A stretch of DNA of 64,000 nt from a bacterium (GCA_021372585.1 JAJFUD010000059.1:2035-66034), one strand, 5' to 3'. Shown: positions 43,039 to 53,244, numbered from the stretch's first letter. The notes: generated by a model not told the origin, from the sequence alone. Translations and numbers: made by a program.

Positions 43039-44709
43039 ATGTTCAAAAAAGTTATTATTTTTTTCGGTATTTTGTTTTTGTCTAGCTCTTTATATCTATT
43101 CCCTGATACTGTTGTTTCCACTAAAGCAAAAGCAACTCAGATCAAAATTCTTCCGATATTGCTCGATTTTAAAGACGTACCTCATCAACGTACCGAGACA
43201 GAAATGTTTGAATTCTTTTTCAGTGATAAAGAGGGCATCAAAAGTCTTCATAATTATTATGCTGAAGTGACCAAAGGCAGGGTGGATATTCAACCGGGAG
43301 TCTATAGTATCGGAAAATGGCTAAAGCTTCCCCAGAAGAAAAGCTATTATGATGCTCAAAATAGCATTGTCCAAGCTGCGCAAGATGCTGCAGATTTAAT
43401 CAATCAATTGAAACTGAATTTCAAAGAATATGATTCAGATAACGACGGTTATTTAGATTTTGTGATCTTTATCCAGGCGGGAGACCCTGTTAAATCCGGA
43501 AGAGGATCTTTCTGGCCACATAGCTATTCATTACGCGGAGCTGTAAGTATCGGCGGGATAAAAGTAGGCGGATACAACATGAATGCAGAAATTTTCCAAT
43601 CCAACACACACCAACCCCTTCAGGTGATTTGCCATGAATTTTATCACTATTTGGGAGGTTGGGATCTTTATTCCTATAACGGTGATTATAAAAATGCTGT
43701 GGGTCCATGGGATATCATGGCAGATACGACTTACTCTAATAATTTCGGAATGTCAGGTTTTTCCAGGAATTTCCTCGGTTGGCAGGACACTACTCTGATT
43801 ACTGCTCCGGGATCCTATTCTATCGATGCATTGGGGGAAGCAGACGCTGATAACCCTCAGCTTTATCGGATCAATTTAGAAGGTACAAAAGAGTATTTCC
43901 TCATAGAAAACCGAGGTTACTCCGGAGTCGATACCTGGTGGCAAGGAATTCCTGATTTAGGAATTGTTATCTATCATATTGATGGTTCTATTCCACCTAG
44001 ACATATGTTTAATGATGGACCACCGATATTTGAGAATTTTGCAGTCTGGGTAGAAGATCCGGGCGCCGGTTCCATAAAAAAAGACGCTGCTTACTCCCTG
44101 GAAGATAATCAGACCAAGTTTACTCCCGAAAGCAGACCCGATAGCCGTGATTATAAAAAAAAATCCAAACCCTTAGTCGCAATCACGAATATCAGTAAAT
44201 CTGGAAGAACAATGACTTTTGATGTTTCTTACCAATATGATGACCCTCATTTGGTAGTAACTCCAGAAAAAATCGACTTAGGTCAAATTCCGCAAGGTTT
44301 ATCCACAAAAGTGGAAGTTTCTATTTCGAATAATGGCGTTGGGAACCTAAAAACTACAATCAAATCAAAAGACGCTTGGATTGTTGTTCCAGACATTGAA
44401 ATTGAAGGCAATAACCAGACAGTGGATCTTTTCATTGATACGAATTCGATTTCACTCGGAAAGAAAAAGGGACGTGTGGAGTTTATTTCTAATGGAGGAA
44501 CAGTCACGATGACTATATCAGTCGAAATCACCACTCGTCTTGGTGATGTAAACGATGATGGTCAAGTAAATGAATACGATATACCGCCCTTTATGAAAGC
44601 ATTTGGAAGTAAAAAAGGCGAACCTGAATACAATCGAAAAGCAGATTTAAACCAAGACGATATTGTTAATTTTGAAGACCTGAGTATCTTAGCTAAAAGT
44701 ATTCAATAA
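43039..44709 (+). CDS. Secreted M6-like (InhA-type) zinc metallopeptidase with C-terminal dockerin
   Basis: Start at MFKK after RBS GAGGTG. Signal peptide. Zinc motif VICHEFYHYLGGWDLY. C-terminal DVNDDGQVNEYDI and DLNQDDIVNFEDL dockerin repeats. Confidence 0.75.
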   Translation: MFKKVIIFFGILFLSSSLYLFPDTVVSTKAKATQIKILPILLDFKDVPHQRTETEMFEFFFSDKEGIKSLHNYYAEVTKGRVDIQPGVYSIGKWLKLPQKKSYYDAQNSIVQAAQDAADLINQLKLNFKEYDSDNDGYLDFVIFIQAGDPVKSGRGSFWPHSYSLRGAVSIGGIKVGGYNMNAEIFQSNTHQPLQVICHEFYHYLGGWDLYSYNGDYKNAVGPWDIMADTTYSNNFGMSGFSRNFLGWQDTTLITAPGSYSIDALGEADADNPQLYRINLEGTKEYFLIENRGYSGVDTWWQGIPDLGIVIYHIDGSIPPRHMFNDGPPIFENFAVWVEDPGAGSIKKDAAYSLEDNQTKFTPESRPDSRDYKKKSKPLVAITNISKSGRTMTFDVSYQYDDPHLVVTPEKIDLGQIPQGLSTKVEVSISNNGVGNLKTTIKSKDAWIVVPDIEIEGNNQTVDLFIDTNSISLGKKKGRVEFISNGGTVTMTISVEITTRLGDVNDDGQVNEYDIPPFMKAFGSKKGEPEYNRKADLNQDDIVNFEDLSILAKSIQ

Positions 44710-44712
44710 GCT

Positions 44713-45255
44713 TTGAGTTCGCTGAAGGAATTACTAAGAAGGTCTTTTTATCTGTATCCTGTATCGAACGCGGAAGATTATTATAAGCTACTGTATCAGT
44801 CTTGTTTCGGACCACAGCATCTTCACAAAGAATCTTCGGTTTTAAAAGATTATTTTATGAAGGAGTGGAATGATACGATACCCTCAAATTCTTTGCATAG
44901 CACGCTGATGGATGATATCACCCTTACCTATCCAATTGCTCGAGTGCACTTTTGTACAGCTAAAAACAAACAACTGAATCCGGAAATGCTCTTCACTATT
45001 TTTCTTCAAACAATGAAGGATTTTCAACCAATATCGGTGGATGCGTTTCATACCATATTGGATGAAAGCAAAGAATATTTAATGAAAGCTCCTTTTCTGC
45101 TATCGGGAGACAGAATTGATTCAGTCTGGCAAAACGGGTATTCCCCGACTCCTGCAGTACTTCATCATTCACAGCAATTCAACCAAGCGTACCAAGCTCA
45201 TTACCGCCTGATCAGTCCATCTCTGATAGATGGACTGATCCAGCAAAATAATTAG
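44713..45255 (+). CDS. Hypothetical protein
   Basis: 180 aa. No family recognised. Confidence 0.5.
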   Translation: MSSLKELLRRSFYLYPVSNAEDYYKLLYQSCFGPQHLHKESSVLKDYFMKEWNDTIPSNSLHSTLMDDITLTYPIARVHFCTAKNKQLNPEMLFTIFLQTMKDFQPISVDAFHTILDESKEYLMKAPFLLSGDRIDSVWQNGYSPTPAVLHHSQQFNQAYQAHYRLISPSLIDGLIQQNN

Positions 45256-45560
45256 GAGTCTTTCTCAAGCTTTTTGAGCTTGTTCTCCAGTATTTTTATT
45301 TTCTTTTCTAATTTGGTTATCTCATCCTTTTGGACAAATCCCATCTTTTTAACGGAATCCTGAATTTTATCATTTGCTAAATCCTGCAAATCGGCTACTT
45401 TGTCCTTGCTCTTTTCTGTAAAATCAGCGATATACTTTTTGGCTTCTTCTGCGGTTATTTTTCCTTGTTTTACCATGTCCTGAGCAAAATCAGTAACCTT
45501 ATCTTCTGTCATACTCCAGATTCCAGCTAAAAATAGCTTGCTTTTTTCAAACCATTCCAT
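45252..45560 (-). CDS. Phasin-family (PHA granule-associated protein-like) small protein
   Basis: 102-aa coiled coil. GIWSMTEDKVTDFAQDMVKQGKITAEEAKKY resembles the Phasin (PF05597) core. Confidence 0.5.
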   Translation of the reverse strand: MEWFEKSKLFLAGIWSMTEDKVTDFAQDMVKQGKITAEEAKKYIADFTEKSKDKVADLQDLANDKIQDSVKKMGFVQKDEITKLEKKIKILENKLKKLEKDS

Positions 45561-45663
45561 TATAAAACCCCCTCAAGATTGAACTGTCTGCTAATATAAC
45601 TGATTTTAGCTTTAATTGTTCCGAATAATGGTAATTTCTTGTTCCGTTTTATTGCCAGCCTGG

Positions 45664-46110
45664 TCAACCGCTTCGAGATGAAAGCTGTTCTCTCCGGGTT
45701 GAAGAGATAAGCTGATCTGAATATTCCTGACGCAAGGTTACATTGATGTCTCTGTACCCTTCTTTACTCGGATCTAATTCAATGTGAGAATTGAATTTAA
45801 ACTCAATGGATCCATCGCTATAAACTTGGACTATCGGTAAATCCAGGCATGATTCACAAGGAGGTTTGGGTATGATTTGTTCAGGTTTTGTATATTGAAA
45901 TCCCGGTGAGAAGAGGAACTTAATCCATTCGTGCACCCTTAATTTTTCCGCGATTTCAAAATAGATTTTTATTTCAGTGGGTTGATTGACGGTGTAAGGG
46001 TATACTTCCACTCCCTGACCAATAAGAGCATGGGTTGCTTGCATGGAGAAAACATTGATGACAATACTTATACATATGATGCCTATGAAAACATGATATG
46101 CATGTTTCAT
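45664..46110 (-). CDS. Secreted hypothetical protein
   Basis: N-terminal signal peptide. 148 aa. Confidence 0.5.
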   Translation of the reverse strand: MKHAYHVFIGIICISIVINVFSMQATHALIGQGVEVYPYTVNQPTEIKIYFEIAEKLRVHEWIKFLFSPGFQYTKPEQIIPKPPCESCLDLPIVQVYSDGSIEFKFNSHIELDPSKEGYRDINVTLRQEYSDQLISSTRREQLSSRSG

Positions 46111-46270
46111 TATTTTCTCTCCTGACTGAGTTCTTCTGAGAATCTGTTTTCTTCCACTGAATTATATCACACAAACTTTTAAGAATAGAGGGTTTTCAAA
46201 GGTTTTTTCATTTCGTTTAAATCATTCGAAAAATATTGAGTACTCCCTCGCTTGTTTTATACTATTGTTT

Positions 46271-46822
46271 ATGATGCAATCACAAAACAATAGTTTGATA
46301 AACCTTTGGCATGAACGGATTTGGTTGGTTCAGACGGATATTACCTCATTAATAGTGGACGCCATTGTGAATGCAGCCAACTCAAGCTTACTCGGTGGCG
46401 GAGGAGTAGATGGCGCGATTCATAAAGCAGGCGGACCTGCCATATTGGAAGAGTGCAAGAAAATCGGCGGGTGTAAGACAGGCCAGGCTGTCATCACCAC
46501 TGGTGGTTGTTTGCCCGCAAAATATGTAATCCATACCGTTGGCCCCGTTTGGCAAGGTGGTAGCTATCAGGAAGATCAGCTGTTGTTGTCCTGTTACCTG
46601 AATGCCCTTGCAATTGCTTTGGAAAAACAACTGAATTCGATCGCCTTTCCTTCCATCTCGACCGGTGTCTATGGATTTCCTCAAGCCAGGGCAGTCAATT
46701 TGATCTCACCTGCTCTTGTACAATATTGCCGGGAACAGAGTAAGCCAGAGAAAATTATTCTGGTTGCGTTTGGAGAGTATATCTACTCCCTCTACATAAA
46801 AACATTCAAAGAAATTCAATAA
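46271..46822 (+). CDS. Macro-domain protein (O-acetyl-ADP-ribose deacetylase, YmdB-like)
   Basis: VNAANSSLLGGGGVDGAIHKAGG and GFP motifs. Start placed at the ATG after the TTG. Confidence 0.85.
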   Translation: MMQSQNNSLINLWHERIWLVQTDITSLIVDAIVNAANSSLLGGGGVDGAIHKAGGPAILEECKKIGGCKTGQAVITTGGCLPAKYVIHTVGPVWQGGSYQEDQLLLSCYLNALAIALEKQLNSIAFPSISTGVYGFPQARAVNLISPALVQYCREQSKPEKIILVAFGEYIYSLYIKTFKEIQ

Positions 46823-46922
46823 TCAAATAACCAGTCTCGTTTTTTTTTAAAACATTATTCCGGATTTCATGGGTTGTTGTAGAATGGTAGTGGTCTATTT
46901 GTTCTAAGGAAAGGAATCCATT

Positions 46923-48791
46923 ATGGGGAAAAAAGATCTGAAAGTGATAAAATGCTTGTTTAGCCTATTTATAGGTTTTTTTATCTTTCTTCAAGTGTAT
47001 CCCCCTTCTGTTCAAGCCAAGACTCTCGCTATTCCCTCTGTTGATATTGTTGCCGCCATCCGGCAGGACGGCTCCGTGGAGATTGTAGAAAACAGAACGA
47101 TCCGGTTTGATGGTGATTTTACTTATGGATTTTATGAACTACCCAAGGCAAAAACTGGTGATTTAACAGATTTTTCGATCGCTGATGAATCCATTACTTA
47201 TCAATATGATTCCGTGGGAAGTAAAATGTCCGGTACTTATTATCGGGAGGATTTAGGAGATACCTGGAAATACTACTATTATTTCCAAGCGAACAATACG
47301 ACCAAAACTTTCACTATCCGTTATGTCCTTAAAAATGTCATCACTCTGTACCAGGATTACGGTGAATTCTATTATAAATTGCAAGGAACCGGATGGGATT
47401 ATACGATTGATTCATTTACCAGCAAAATAAAATGGGAAACTCCCATTCCGATGGAAAACTATCGCATTTGGGCTCATGGTGCATTATGGGGTGAATTTAA
47501 AAAAACGGATACGTATTCCAGCAATGTAACCATCAACCAGGTGCCTAATAAAACGATGGTGGAAGTAAGAGTCCTGCTTCCCAGAACTTATTTCTCCTTC
47601 CAACCTACCCATCAGGATACCATTCTGGAAAAAGCAGTGTCAGAGGAGACTAAATGGGCTGATGAAGCCAACAGAGAAAGAGAATTGGCTACGACCAGAT
47701 CCGAGAGAATGAAGAAAATTGGTAACGGGATTCAACTCTTTTTGTATGTTTTGGCGCTTTTTCTGATCTATTTATTCTATAGACTTTACAAAAAATATGG
47801 CGCTGAACTTCCTCTGGCCAATGAATCGATCTATTACCGAGAACCTCCTTCTGAACTGAGACCTGCCATAGCAGGACTTCTATTCAGCTTTGAGGTTTAC
47901 AACCCTAGGTTTCTTCAGGCGACTATCCTCGATTTGATCAGAAGAAAATGGATACAATATGATGAGATCCCCGGGAATTTCCTCACCCGGAATTACCGTA
48001 TGACGAAACTGACTAACGAAAAAGATACCCTGAATGAGTATGAAAAAATTCTAATGGAGAAAATCCTGTTCGATAAAAACGATACAGAAACCATCAAAAG
48101 TCTGAAAGCAAAATTTAATACCAGCAAAACTATTTATTATTACGCCTTCCAGAGCTTTATGACCCAAGTCAGGCAAGATTTAGCGGATAAAGGGTACTTT
48201 GATAAAAAAAGCCATTCCATTTCAAATATCATTCTAATTGTCGGGATTTTGTTATGTATGAGTAATTTTGTTCTTGGAATATCTCTGTCCACCTATTTCT
48301 TTGGTGCGCCCCGATATGGCTATTTAATTCTTTTTCCTGTGGGACTTCTGTTTATTATCGGGCATGGAAGCCTGAAAAGGAGAACCCAATCCGGTAGAGA
48401 AGAGTTTTCAAAATGGAAAGCTTTCAAATCCTTTATGAGTGATTTTTCCAATCTAAAGGAATACGGTCCAAAATCCCTGATTATTTGGGAAAGATTCCTG
48501 GTCTACGCGACTGCTTTTGGGATTGCCAGTGTTGTCTTAAAAGCCCTGAAAGTGATGGCTCCAACTTTGCCAGATCAAAATAGTGGCACAATTATACGAC
48601 CTATGATGTTTACAACAGGTAATTTCATCGGTATGAATGGATTAATGAACTCCCTATCCAGTCTTGGGAAAACAGCCCAAACACTCTCCAGAACTGCTTC
48701 TTCCTCGCATAGCTCCGGTAGCGGAGGTGGTGGTGGCTTCTCAGGTGGTGGTGGAGACGGAGGTGGGGGATCCGGTGGAGGATTTGGCTAA
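46923..48791 (+). CDS. DUF2207-family membrane protein with Gly-rich C-terminus
   Basis: Signal peptide, a large extracellular domain, three TM segments and a GSGGGGGFSGGGGDGGGGSGGGFG tail typical of DUF2207. Confidence 0.7.
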   Translation: MGKKDLKVIKCLFSLFIGFFIFLQVYPPSVQAKTLAIPSVDIVAAIRQDGSVEIVENRTIRFDGDFTYGFYELPKAKTGDLTDFSIADESITYQYDSVGSKMSGTYYREDLGDTWKYYYYFQANNTTKTFTIRYVLKNVITLYQDYGEFYYKLQGTGWDYTIDSFTSKIKWETPIPMENYRIWAHGALWGEFKKTDTYSSNVTINQVPNKTMVEVRVLLPRTYFSFQPTHQDTILEKAVSEETKWADEANRERELATTRSERMKKIGNGIQLFLYVLALFLIYLFYRLYKKYGAELPLANESIYYREPPSELRPAIAGLLFSFEVYNPRFLQATILDLIRRKWIQYDEIPGNFLTRNYRMTKLTNEKDTLNEYEKILMEKILFDKNDTETIKSLKAKFNTSKTIYYYAFQSFMTQVRQDLADKGYFDKKSHSISNIILIVGILLCMSNFVLGISLSTYFFGAPRYGYLILFPVGLLFIIGHGSLKRRTQSGREEFSKWKAFKSFMSDFSNLKEYGPKSLIIWERFLVYATAFGIASVVLKALKVMAPTLPDQNSGTIIRPMMFTTGNFIGMNGLMNSLSSLGKTAQTLSRTASSSHSSGSGGGGGFSGGGGDGGGGSGGGFG

Positions 48792-48933
48792 TTCTTCAGT
48801 CGGTTTATCCTTTTGAAGCAATAAAAGATGTAATAGCATGACTAATAGAAACAGGATAATTATATTCCCAAAATATAACGGTTGAGCAAAGAATAGCCAT
48901 ACTTTTGTTGTATTGTTTGTCCAGTTATTGAAC

Positions 48934-48961
48934 AAATCCCAGGCTGTTTTGGGATTTTTAT
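48934..48961 (+). terminator. Intrinsic terminator AAATCCCA-ggctgttt-TGGGATTT + TTTTA
   Basis: Read directly. 8-bp stem followed by a T-run, about 145 nt downstream of the DUF2207 stop. Confidence 0.5.
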
Positions 48962-49439
48962 ACGGAATAAAGCTTGTAAAGGCTTTTACCCAACTTAATG
49001 GATCCTAATTTGAGGGAAGACTATCCAGGTTAGCTGGACTATAATTCGTTTTTAAGGGTAACAGGTAGCCACAAACAAACTGGAGAGAAATGTAACAATC
49101 AACCCAATGAACCATACCGGAAAGGATTTTGTCATTTTCCGATCTATAAACCGATCGACCCCTTTTTTGATAAAAACCATTCAACTAAAAAGCAACAGAT
49201 AAAGCAGGTGAGAAGTTGTCCAAAACGACGTCAGGTCTTTGGATAACTGATTTCCGAAATATGGCATCCAGCCTTTTTCTCCCTTTAAGTATCCAAGCAA
49301 ATTTCTCAAAGTTGCCCTTTTATACAACGACATATTTGAATTAATCTACCTTTTTCTGAAATTTCCGGATTGAAACAGCATATCAGTGAAAAATCATTAT
49401 AATGAGAGGAAAGTGACACAGTAAAAGAAAGGTTACAGT

Positions 49440-50153
49440 ATGAAAATTAGGGGAAAGAGTGTTGAGTTAAATGTGGAAGCCATCGTTTTCGACAAAGATG
49501 GGACTTTGATTGGCAGTATTGAAACGTTACAATATATTTTTTCCGAATATAGAAAGGCAGCCAATACTTTAGGATATGATACGGAAAAAGAATCCAACAG
49601 ATTATTCGGTGGATCAATTGACAGCGTAGATACCCCGTTATATACAACTTATTCATCAGAGGTGATAACCTTGATGGCTGCCTCTGTTTGGCTGACCTAC
49701 CAGTTTCCCTGGCCCAAATGCAGATCCATTGCAGAAGAAATAAACCGAATCGCATTGCAAAATCTTGACCTTTCTATATTACATAAGCCAAATCCCGGAG
49801 CCATGGAAGCAATCCGTTTCTTTAGCAAAAAAATCCCTGTTTGTATTGCAACCTCTGATAGCCAGGACTCTGTCAAACGCTTGCTTCAGAATTGGGAGAT
49901 GAAACCGTTAATAAAGCATGTGATTACCTCCGACGAAGTAAAAAATGGCAAACCCGCACCGGATATGATAGAGCGTTTAAGTCAGGATCTGGCGATTCCA
50001 ACAGATAAAATTCTCATGATTGGCGATCATGAAGTAGATTCTTTAATGGCATTTAATGCCAAAGCTCATTCCATCTCTGTCGGATCCAAACACCTGTCGT
50101 CCGATGATTGGGTGTCCAGTTTGCAGGAATTGGTTGACTTGAATATTGAGTAA
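49440..50153 (+). CDS. HAD-family hydrolase (phosphoglycolate-phosphatase-like)
   Basis: FDKDGTLI motif I, K...GDHEVD motif III/IV. Confidence 0.75.
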   Translation: MKIRGKSVELNVEAIVFDKDGTLIGSIETLQYIFSEYRKAANTLGYDTEKESNRLFGGSIDSVDTPLYTTYSSEVITLMAASVWLTYQFPWPKCRSIAEEINRIALQNLDLSILHKPNPGAMEAIRFFSKKIPVCIATSDSQDSVKRLLQNWEMKPLIKHVITSDEVKNGKPAPDMIERLSQDLAIPTDKILMIGDHEVDSLMAFNAKAHSISVGSKHLSSDDWVSSLQELVDLNIE

Positions 50154-50213
50154 ACAAACCCCTGTGTTACAATAAAACACTGCAATCCGAATTTAGGAAA
50201 AGAGGAGGATGTT

Positions 50214-50894
50214 TTGATTACCCTTTTATCCGCAAATGCTTGGATTAAAATTAAGATCAACAACAAAGTGATTCATATTGACCCTGGTTATATGGGTACC
50301 TATAAAACGTATGGGATGCCCAAAGAGATCTTTGAGGAGCCTGCAGACCTAATTCTGATCACTCATGAACATTCTGACCATCTTCAACCGGGCATCGTCA
50401 AAAAAATTACCAAATCGGATACGATAACGATCGCTCCACCGGTATGCGATCCAATTCTGAAAGGCGCTTTCCGATATTGTCAGCCTGGAGATAAACTCAT
50501 GATTGATCCTTTCTCGATTCAGGTGGTTCATTCCTATAATACCCCTCAGGGACAGTCTACCCAAAAAAACCACCAAAAGGGTGTTGGGGTAGGATATATC
50601 ATCAAGACTCCTCAGTATTCGTTCTATCATGCCGGCGACACCGATATCATCTCTGAGATGGAAGATTTTCCGGAGATTGATGTCGCTTTCCTGCCCATTG
50701 GCGGAACCTATACGATGGATATCAGTGAAGCGGTAAAAGCCACCTTTGTTTTACAAGCCCGGATCGTTATTCCTATGCATTTCTTAAACGCTAATCCAAG
50801 TGATTTCAAAAATCAGTTGGAAGCCCAGTCACAAACCCGGGTTATCCTGCTGAAACCCGGTGAAGAGACAGATTTATCTATGGAATCCGATTAA
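50214..50894 (+). CDS. MBL-fold metallo-hydrolase
   Basis: HEHSDH zinc-binding motif and downstream His/Asp ligands. Confidence 0.75.
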   Translation: MITLLSANAWIKIKINNKVIHIDPGYMGTYKTYGMPKEIFEEPADLILITHEHSDHLQPGIVKKITKSDTITIAPPVCDPILKGAFRYCQPGDKLMIDPFSIQVVHSYNTPQGQSTQKNHQKGVGVGYIIKTPQYSFYHAGDTDIISEMEDFPEIDVAFLPIGGTYTMDISEAVKATFVLQARIVIPMHFLNANPSDFKNQLEAQSQTRVILLKPGEETDLSMESD

Positions 50895-51119
50895 ATTAGT
50901 TTATTCCGGCATTCCTAATAAGTGACAATTTTATCCGGTTGACCGCTGAACTTAACGCTGTTGCTCATATAATCCCGCTCAACCAAGCCTGTTTGGCGAA
51001 AAACAACTGCCCAGAAAGGCAAGTCTGGCTATCCTGGATGTTCACTGATAAACCGGGCGTATATTTATTCTGCATGGTCTTCAAACTGAGCATTAAAAAG
51101 ATAAGCCTTCTGATCAGTT

Positions 51120-51527
51120 TTAGATGCACTCGACAGGTCCAGGCCGTTTTTCCTCTGTATGTCGGGGGAATGATATGGCTGGATACCGGATTCTATACCG
51201 TAAAATTTGTGGAAAGCTATCACAAAGTGATGGAGGAGTAAAAGACCGAGGCGCAAGATCTGCTGTCTGATGTGATCGTTGATAAAAGAAAAGACCGAAT
51301 ATTCCAAACAGTATTAGGATTAACACTATTAGTAACAAGAGCCCCTGATCATTCTGTCCTAACATTCCGCTATCGAACAATCCAGTCGTTCCGCCCATAC
51401 CACCCTCTCCTCCGGATCCACCGGATGGAGCACAAGGGTCAACCAATATAAGCATCATGGTTTGAAGGAATCCCATCAACAAAATTGTAGATAATAAGAA
51501 AAATCGTCTCATAATCTTTCTCCTCAT
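51120..51527 (-). CDS. Small membrane protein with Gly-rich segment followed by a TM helix (YjcZ/tiny-TM sporulation-protein-like); 3' extent uncertain
   Basis: Strong RBS GAGGAG 7 nt upstream. PSGGSGGEGGMGG then LLLLIVLILILFGIFGLFFY. Confidence 0.45.
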   Translation of the reverse strand: MRRKIMRRFFLLSTILLMGFLQTMMLILVDPCAPSGGSGGEGGMGGTTGLFDSGMLGQNDQGLLLLIVLILILFGIFGLFFYQRSHQTADLAPRSFTPPSLCDSFPQILRYRIRYPAISFPRHTEEKRPGPVECI

Positions 51528-51593
51528 TGCTGTTTGAGGTTAGATATAGACTGATTTAACTCCCTATCAACTTATTTACCCACATTTTTTTCC

Positions 51594-51645
51594 CCAAGGG
51601 GACGGAGTTGTTGGGCACACTTGCCCAACAACTCCGTCCCCTTGG
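51594..51645. other. Perfect 24-bp GC-rich inverted repeat with 4-nt loop in a divergent intergenic region
   Basis: CCAAGGGGACGGAGTTGTTGGGCA-cact-TGCCCAACAACTCCGTCCCCTTGG read directly. No following U-run on either strand. Confidence 0.6.
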
Positions 51646-51712
51646 CACATATGCAAATATTTGGAAATCGGTTATATTGATAGTCATAAAATGAAAAAGA
51701 GAGGCAAACAAA

Positions 51713-52714
51713 ATGAACAGGCGTAGTTTATTGTGGGTTTTGTTAACTTTGCTGGTTGCTTCTTACATGTATTATTATTACGGTTACAAAGGAAAAGTCA
51801 TCCAGCTTGTCTCAGATACAGGTCTGATCACTTCTGTTGATTTTCCTTCGAAATCTATCACTGTCAAAAACATTAATAATGAAGAGCTGGTAATGATTTG
51901 TAATAAAAAAACAACTTTCCTGGATGATAAAGAGCAACCGATTGAATTTGAGAGTTTGTTACCCTCCATGCATATCAAGTATGATGGGTATCGTTCAAAA
52001 ACGAATGAAGATCTGGTTATCATACTTACCTCAATACAATTGACCGATGTGTCAGATATTCTTCTTCTTTCTCCGACTTCCTCATCTCCCATCAAAAATT
52101 TTCCTATCGTATTGCGCGGTTATGTCCGGACAGATACTCATCAAACCTATAAGTTGTACATTAATGGTTTTGACCAAGGCTTTATTCAACCGATCAAAAG
52201 CGACTCTTCAAATGTATACCAGATGTTTGAGCACTCAGTTGCTCTAAATAGAGAGATGCTTCGTAGTTTAGAACCGGTAATTGAAATCAAGATTCAACCA
52301 TCAGGCGAAGGAAAAGCATTCACACGACAGTTTAATCTTGAATTGATGAAGAAAATTGAACTTTATTTTGGCAATAGTAAGATGGATCCACAATCCGAAG
52401 ACTGTACCGCTGTATTCCCGGTAACCAGAGAAATTCTGATTTTAGCGAATCCTTCTGATATCCTTCACTTATTAATCCAGGGGCCCTCCGCTTCAGAAAA
52501 AGAAAAAGGGTATTATTCTTCCTTACCGTTTGGAGCATCGATCAATAGTATTGAAAAGAAAGACAAGCAGATTTCAGTTGACTTCAAATCACTGCATGCC
52601 GGTGGTGCATGCCAGATAGACGGAATTCTATCTGAAATCAGCCATACCTTAATTTCAGCTTACCCCGGATTCATAATTACCGTTACAGAAAACGGCTCAA
52701 TACTCTCTCCCTAA
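51713..52714 (+). CDS. Membrane-anchored protein with probable C-terminal GerMN-like domain
   Basis: N-terminal TM. The C-terminal region resembles GerMN (germination/sporulation) domains. Weak. Confidence 0.4.
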   Translation: MNRRSLLWVLLTLLVASYMYYYYGYKGKVIQLVSDTGLITSVDFPSKSITVKNINNEELVMICNKKTTFLDDKEQPIEFESLLPSMHIKYDGYRSKTNEDLVIILTSIQLTDVSDILLLSPTSSSPIKNFPIVLRGYVRTDTHQTYKLYINGFDQGFIQPIKSDSSNVYQMFEHSVALNREMLRSLEPVIEIKIQPSGEGKAFTRQFNLELMKKIELYFGNSKMDPQSEDCTAVFPVTREILILANPSDILHLLIQGPSASEKEKGYYSSLPFGASINSIEKKDKQISVDFKSLHAGGACQIDGILSEISHTLISAYPGFIITVTENGSILSP

Positions 52715-53244
52715 GAAAGCTTTTCTTCTATTACCGCTTCTCCGAAAACGACATCAACTTTCATATGAATTTGTTCAGAAGACGCTTGATAACTCTCTGT
52801 TTCATATACCTTATCCCCAAATGAGACACTTCGGCCATCCGGCAAGGTAATATTCCCGAATACGCTACTTGCTTTAATCTGAATAGGATCCTGAGGATTT
52901 ATCAGAATGGTTCCCTGTCCGAAAACCACCGTAACATCTAATACACGCCTCTTATCCTCTTTTGAAAGATTTGAATAATCCAGTGTACTTTTTCCAAAAA
53001 GAATATTGTCTTCTCTTTTATTCTGAGAAAGATTTGTTTTAACCCTTGGATCATTCTTCCCAAAATACCAAGTACGAAAATTCTTTGGCTTAATCAGGAG
53101 TTGAATGCCAAAAGTGATTAACAAAAAAGCCCAGAATATAGTTCCATAAGGTATTTTAGCGGGAATAAAAGGATCCAGCAAAACCAAAACACCAAAACCC
53201 AATAGAAAGCATCCCCAAAAGAAGGATCTAAAGAAAAAATTCAT
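52711..53244 (-). CDS. LiaF-like (DUF2154) membrane protein
   Basis: Two N-terminal TM segments plus a C-terminal beta-rich domain pattern (VVFG..TI / VDVVFGEAVI) typical of LiaF-C. Confidence 0.5.
   Translation of the reverse strand: MNFFFRSFFWGCFLLGFGVLVLLDPFIPAKIPYGTIFWAFLLITFGIQLLIKPKNFRTWYFGKNDPRVKTNLSQNKREDNILFGKSTLDYSNLSKEDKRRVLDVTVVFGQGTILINPQDPIQIKASSVFGNITLPDGRSVSFGDKVYETESYQASSEQIHMKVDVVFGEAVIEEKLS

Noticed and set aside
48741-48935. 64-aa minus-strand ORF overlapping the 3' end of the DUF2207 gene
   Set aside because: Its C-terminal 17 codons are the antisense of the Gly-rich GGN codons, and it starts directly against a plus-strand terminator hairpin. Most likely spurious, although the N-terminal hydrophobic part is intergenic.
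50939-51241. 100-aa plus-strand ORF (TTG start) overlapping the minus-strand Gly-rich membrane gene
   Set aside because: It has no RBS, a TTG start, and overlaps a gene with a strong RBS on the other strand.
51594-51645. Interpreting the 24-bp hairpin as a rho-independent terminator
   Set aside because: No U-run follows the stem on either strand (T7 precedes it on plus, A7 follows on minus).
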